A stretch of 32,000 bases of DNA from an uncultured Clostridia bacterium (GTDB lineage Bacteria; Bacillota; Clostridia; Oscillospirales; Oscillospiraceae), in contig CAMJGL010000006.1 of the NCBI GenBank assembly GCA_946405205.1, positions 10,640 through 42,639 on the forward strand. The letters are read 5' to 3'. This document shows, piece after piece, positions 30,480 through 32,000 of the stretch. The position numbers and the translations under genes are program-made. Within the stretch, counting starts at the first letter, position 1; each line of letters begins with the position of its first letter. Under the pieces are notes generated by a model. That model saw only the letters and a list, made by a program, of their open reading frames with translations. It was not told the origin of the DNA and did not search any database.

Positions 30480-32000
30480 ATGACAAAGAAACAGAGAATC
30501 ATGCTGGCACGCATTTTGATTACGGCCTTCATGGTAATAACATTAAAATTTATTCCGATTACGGGCATTTTACAGATGGTACTCTATCTGACTGCTTATC
30601 TGGTAATCGGCTATGACATTCTGAAAAAGGCCGGAAAAGGTATTTTGAACCGCCAGATCTTTGATGAGAACTTTTTGATGGCGATAGCCACTGTAGGAGC
30701 ATTTTCTCTTGCCATTTATGAGCAAAGTGGTGATTATGTTGAAGCCATTGCCGTTATGCTCTTTTATCAGATTGGTGAGCTGTTTCAGAGTTACGCCGTT
30801 GGAAAAAGCCGTCGAAGCATTAGTGAGTTGATGGATATTCGTCCTGACTATGCCAATGTGGAGAGGAATGGAACATTGGAAAAGGTTGACCCTGATGAAG
30901 TCGAAATCGGCAGCATTATTGTGGTGCAGCCTGGTGAAAAGGTACCGATTGACGGTACGGTTGTCGCGGGAACCTCCAGTCTGAACACGGCTGCTCTCAC
31001 AGGAGAAAGCTTGCCCCGCGACGCAAATGTTGGTGACGATATCATCAGCGGCTGTATCAACATGACTGGTGTGCTGAAGATTCAGACTACTAAGGAATTT
31101 GGTGAATCTACTGTATCGAAAATCCTTGATTTGGTGGAAAATGCGAGCTCCCGAAAATCGAAATCCGAGGATTTCATTGCAAAGTTTTCCCGCATCTACA
31201 CGCCGGCTGTATGTGCAGCAGCATTACTGCTCGCATTGATACCTCCGTTGGCTCGGATTATTGTTATGGGTGTTACACCTGAATGGGGTACATGGATTTA
31301 CCGTGCTTTAACGTTCCTTGTAATTAGTTGCCCTTGTGCACTGGTTATCAGCATTCCTCTGAGCTTCTTTGCGGGTATTGGTGGTGCCAGCCGGGAGGGT
31401 ATTTTAGTCAAAGGCTCTAACTATTTAGAAACACTTTCTAAATCAAAATATATTGTGTTTGATAAGACCGGCACTTTGACACAGGGTGTGTTTGAAGTAA
31501 ACGGTATCCATCACAATACGATGGAGGAAGAAAGGCTGATTGAATATGCAGCTCTGGCTGAAAGCGCTTCATCTCATCCAATCAGCAAAAGTTTACAGAG
31601 AGCCTATGGCAAAGAAATTGACCGTTCGCGGGTAACAGATATTCAGGAGATCAGTGGCAACGGTGTGATTGCAAAAGTTGACGGCATGGACGTGGCTGCA
31701 GGAAATGCCAAGCTAATGAAGCGTCTGAATATAGAATATAAAGATTGTCGTTCTGTTGGTACCATTATTCATTTGGCGATTGGTGGAAAATATGCTGGGC
31801 ATATCGTGATTTCAGATGTCATCAAATCTCATTCAAAAGAGGCAATTAATTCACTGAAACGGTCCGGTGTGGAAAAAACAATTATGCTTACGGGAGATGC
31901 CAAAGCGGTTGGTGAACAAGTCGCAGCTACTTTAGGGATTGATGAAGTGTACAGTGAATTGCTCCCAGGCGACAAGGTCACCAAGGTTGAAGAACTCTTG
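30480..32000 (+). CDS. cadA: P1B-type heavy-metal (Zn/Cd/Pb-class) translocating ATPase, 3'-truncated by the window and lacking an N-terminal HMA domain
   Basis: It is absent from the ORF track because no stop is reached; I read the frame from ATG 30480 to nt 32000 without a stop. The motifs are TGES (TGESLP), the transmembrane CPCALVISIP (CPC at 31329-31337, fitting CPCx4SxP), and the phosphorylation site DKTGTLT (31461-31475 = DKTGT). Confidence 0.9.
   Translation, partial: MTKKQRIMLARILITAFMVITLKFIPITGILQMVLYLTAYLVIGYDILKKAGKGILNRQIFDENFLMAIATVGAFSLAIYEQSGDYVEAIAVMLFYQIGELFQSYAVGKSRRSISELMDIRPDYANVERNGTLEKVDPDEVEIGSIIVVQPGEKVPIDGTVVAGTSSLNTAALTGESLPRDANVGDDIISGCINMTGVLKIQTTKEFGESTVSKILDLVENASSRKSKSEDFIAKFSRIYTPAVCAAALLLALIPPLARIIVMGVTPEWGTWIYRALTFLVISCPCALVISIPLSFFAGIGGASREGILVKGSNYLETLSKSKYIVFDKTGTLTQGVFEVNGIHHNTMEEERLIEYAALAESASSHPISKSLQRAYGKEIDRSRVTDIQEISGNGVIAKVDGMDVAAGNAKLMKRLNIEYKDCRSVGTIIHLAIGGKYAGHIVISDVIKSHSKEAINSLKRSGVEKTIMLTGDAKAVGEQVAATLGIDEVYSELLPGDKVTKVEELL

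Noticed and set aside
30848-31063. A 71-aa minus-strand ORF.
   Set aside because: It lies antisense inside the P1B ATPase actuator-domain coding region (TGES), which reads through cleanly on the + strand.
1-32000. A search for integrase or recombinase genes, att direct repeats, transposase/IS ends, tRNA/rRNA genes, reverse transcriptase and CRISPR arrays.
   Set aside because: None were recognisable in any frame or in the intergenic regions. Element boundaries and the integration site therefore cannot be called from this window.

Overview
This window is a gene-dense segment of a Gram-positive (Clostridia-type) integrative/conjugative element (ICE). No integrase or att site lies in the window, so the element boundaries are undefined.

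Layout, left to right:
- nt 2-5968: the 3' part of a giant 'polyvalent' N6-adenine methyltransferase + SNF2 helicase ORF. Its frame is open to the left window edge.
- About 6.0-8.5 kb: a low-GC cargo cassette with a Cys-less HMA-fold protein, an L,D-transpeptidase and an orphan ORF.
- 8.5-9.8 kb: an XRE repressor, a frameshifted SLOG/DUF1273-like gene and a small orphan ORF.
- 9.9-11.4 kb: an AbiEi/AbiEii toxin-antitoxin (abortive-infection) pair.
- 11.5-13.3 kb: DUF3848, a DUF3991/Toprim primase-like protein and a Cys-rich protein.
- 13.3-13.4 kb: a candidate oriT.
- 13.4-26.06 kb: one long, tightly coupled mobilisation/T4SS operon. Gene order is a tiny TM protein, MobC, relaxase, PcfB, ArdC-N-like, VirD4-type coupling protein, Maff2, VirB6-like, PrgI, VirB4, DUF6075-like, sortase B and a CHAP hydrolase.
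- About 26.07 kb: composition drops abruptly into a second low-GC cargo island.
- 26.1-32.0 kb: XRE, a ketopantoate-reductase-like protein, a coupled arsR-araC operon, and a divergent HMA gene. These are followed by an ATC-hydrolase-family gene and an HMA-less P1B-type (CPC) ATPase that runs off the right edge.

No rRNA, tRNA, CRISPR array, transposase or integrase was seen.

Most worth following up:
- The mobile Ldt cassette.
- The decayed SLOG gene beside AbiE.
- The leading-region-like orientation of everything left of the candidate oriT.
- An untracked 38-aa ORF coupled to mobC.
- A duplicated 29-bp operator-like box at the divergent arsR/HMA promoters.
- The odd split metal operon.

All family names come from motif and sequence recall, not from searches.
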